Shown here: piece after piece, positions 24,722-27,076 of the stretch | Numbering within the stretch: position 1 is the first letter of the stretch | How the letters are laid out: every line of letters begins with the position of its first letter | Source: an uncultured Eubacteriales bacterium | GTDB taxonomy: Bacteria; Actinomycetota; Coriobacteriia; Anaerosomatales; CAVXGS01 | Direction of reading: 5' to 3' | Length of the DNA: 27,076 bases | NCBI GenBank assembly: GCA_964354945.1 | Contig: CAYHCN010000001.1 | Coordinates: 1-27,076, forward strand | The notes under the pieces: generated by a model | The model's input: the letters and a program-made list of their open reading frames with translations, nothing else | The model's database searches: none | Told to the model about the DNA's origin: nothing | Made by a program: the position numbers and the translations under genes

Positions 24722-25759
24722 CTACTCGGCCACGCACACGACCGCTATCGACCATCGATCCTTGCCGCTCTCCTTGGCGCGATACAGCGACCGGTCCGCC
24801 GAGGCCAGGACGGTGTCCGCCGAGAGGTCGACACCCGCCGTCGACACCGCGACGGCTCCTCCCACGCTGACGGTCACGCTGCCGGGACGGCCGTTGCCGA
24901 TGGCGCCGATCGCCGCGCTGCGGACGCTCTGCACGATGCGCTCCATGAGTGCCTGGAGTTCCTCGGCATCGGTCTCCGGCGCGAGGATCGCGAACTCATC
25001 GCCCCCGTAGCGGCTCACAAGATCCGAGGCGCGCACGCTGCCGAGCAACGCGTCGGCGACCACGCGCAGCGCCTCGTCGCCGGCGGCATGCCCGCGGGTG
25101 TCGTTGACGTGCTTGAAGTCGTCGATGTCGACCAGCACGACCCCGAGCGGATGACCGTAGCGGCTCGCCCAGTTAAGCCACTGGTAGACGTGGCTCTGGA
25201 AGCCTCTGCGGTTGTACAGCCCGGTGAGTTGGTCGTGGGTGGCCATCGAGGACAGGGCGAACTGGTCTTGCCACGCCTTCTTGAGCACGCGGGCCAGGAA
25301 CGCGGCGAGGTCATCGCGCGTGTAGTACCTGTCGAGCGCGTCGGTGAGGCGGTCGAGGTGCTCGGCGTAGGCCTTGCGATGCTCGCCGGTGCTGCCTGGC
25401 TCGGTGAGGTCGACCAGCTCGGTGAACATCGGATCGAGGAGCACGAACTCGAGATGGGTCGCCGTGTCGAGCATCTCGTCGCAGCTCATCCCCTCGACCT
25501 CATCGGGGCACGCCGCCCTGAACTGCTCGGCGATACCGCGGAGCCGGGGCAGCACGTCGTCGCGTGCGATGTCTGGCACGAGCCCTTCGCCCCAAGCTCG
25601 CCGCAAGTCGCGCCACCACCCCAGATGCACCTGCTCGTCCTCGGCGAGTTGCTCGAACACGGCCGAGATCTCGGGACTGGTGCAATGCTTGGCCATTGCT
25701 GCATAGGATCGCTGGGCGGATGCATCGAGCTCTATGCACAGGTCGAGGACTTCCTGCAT
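24722..25759 (-). CDS. Diguanylate cyclase with N-terminal ferritin/rubrerythrin-like domain
   Basis: ATG at 25759 after AGGAGG. It has DQLTGLYNRR, DIDDFKHVND..GH..GD, an RASD I-site, GGDEF and ADRSLYRAK. The N-terminus carries CIELD..A..SY and FEQLAEDEQVH. Confidence 0.85.
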   Translation of the reverse strand: MQEVLDLCIELDASAQRSYAAMAKHCTSPEISAVFEQLAEDEQVHLGWWRDLRRAWGEGLVPDIARDDVLPRLRGIAEQFRAACPDEVEGMSCDEMLDTATHLEFVLLDPMFTELVDLTEPGSTGEHRKAYAEHLDRLTDALDRYYTRDDLAAFLARVLKKAWQDQFALSSMATHDQLTGLYNRRGFQSHVYQWLNWASRYGHPLGVVLVDIDDFKHVNDTRGHAAGDEALRVVADALLGSVRASDLVSRYGGDEFAILAPETDAEELQALMERIVQSVRSAAIGAIGNGRPGSVTVSVGGAVAVSTAGVDLSADTVLASADRSLYRAKESGKDRWSIAVVCVAE

Positions 25760-25846
25760 GGCCCCTCCTAAATGCCGTGGCACCCCGCGGGGAACCTTTA
25801 CACTTAGAGCGTTCCCATATGTGACGCAGTGAATGAGGGGTGGGCC

Positions 25847-26140
25847 GTGGACAGCATCGACGAACTCGACATGTACGAGGCCGAGAAACGGCTCCTGCTC
25901 TACAACGAGTACCGCGACGCGATCAAGGTGTTCGCCTACTACGTGGAGACCGAACTGCGCGCGTATCTGTGCAACGAAGTGCAGGTCGAGGCAGTCCCCA
26001 CGTCCGGCAACACGTACTTCAAGGTGACCCTCACCGACACGTGGATCTACGAGGCCGAGCGGCCCCAGCGGTTCGTTCCGGAGGTCGTCGTCTACGAGGT
26101 CGGGCCGGTCCATGTCCAGCGCCTGCGGGGTGACGAGTAG
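25847..26140 (+). CDS. DUF2469-family protein
   Basis: GTG after GAGGGG. DELDMYEAEKRLLLYNEYRD, YYVETELRAYLCNEV and LTDTWIY..ERPQRFV match my recollection of this actinobacterial family. Confidence 0.75.
   Translation: MDSIDELDMYEAEKRLLLYNEYRDAIKVFAYYVETELRAYLCNEVQVEAVPTSGNTYFKVTLTDTWIYEAERPQRFVPEVVVYEVGPVHVQRLRGDE

Positions 26141-27076
<936 letters not shown>

Overview
High-GC chromosomal window, most consistent with an anaerobic actinomycete such as Coriobacteriia. This is inferred from DUF2469, MetVF, an iron-sulfur flavoprotein and TAnnnT leaderless promoters. Housekeeping and C1 genes are apgM (partial), MetH without its reactivation domain, metV-metF, lpdA, lipA, DUF2469 and ligA (partial). 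Accessory genes are a PadR regulator with its operator, an iron-sulfur flavoprotein, two paralogous alpha/beta hydrolases, a heterodimeric ABC exporter, EamA, a Nudix hydrolase, a class D sortase with a coupled IPATG substrate, and a ferritin-like/GGDEF fusion. The most interesting locus is 13392-18201. It holds a 923-aa secreted adhesin-like protein, a 146-aa secreted subunit-like protein sharing its C-terminal motif, and a membrane-anchored two-domain DUF916/WxLIP-like protein. It may be a WxL-like, usher-less and sortase-independent surface fibre system. A multi-stem candidate cis-regulatory RNA that I could not assign to a known family lies upstream of the small subunit. No rRNA, tRNA, CRISPR array, transposase or integrase was seen. 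Starts were re-called from RBS and motif context where the ORF track over-extends. All family assignments come from motif recognition, not database searches.
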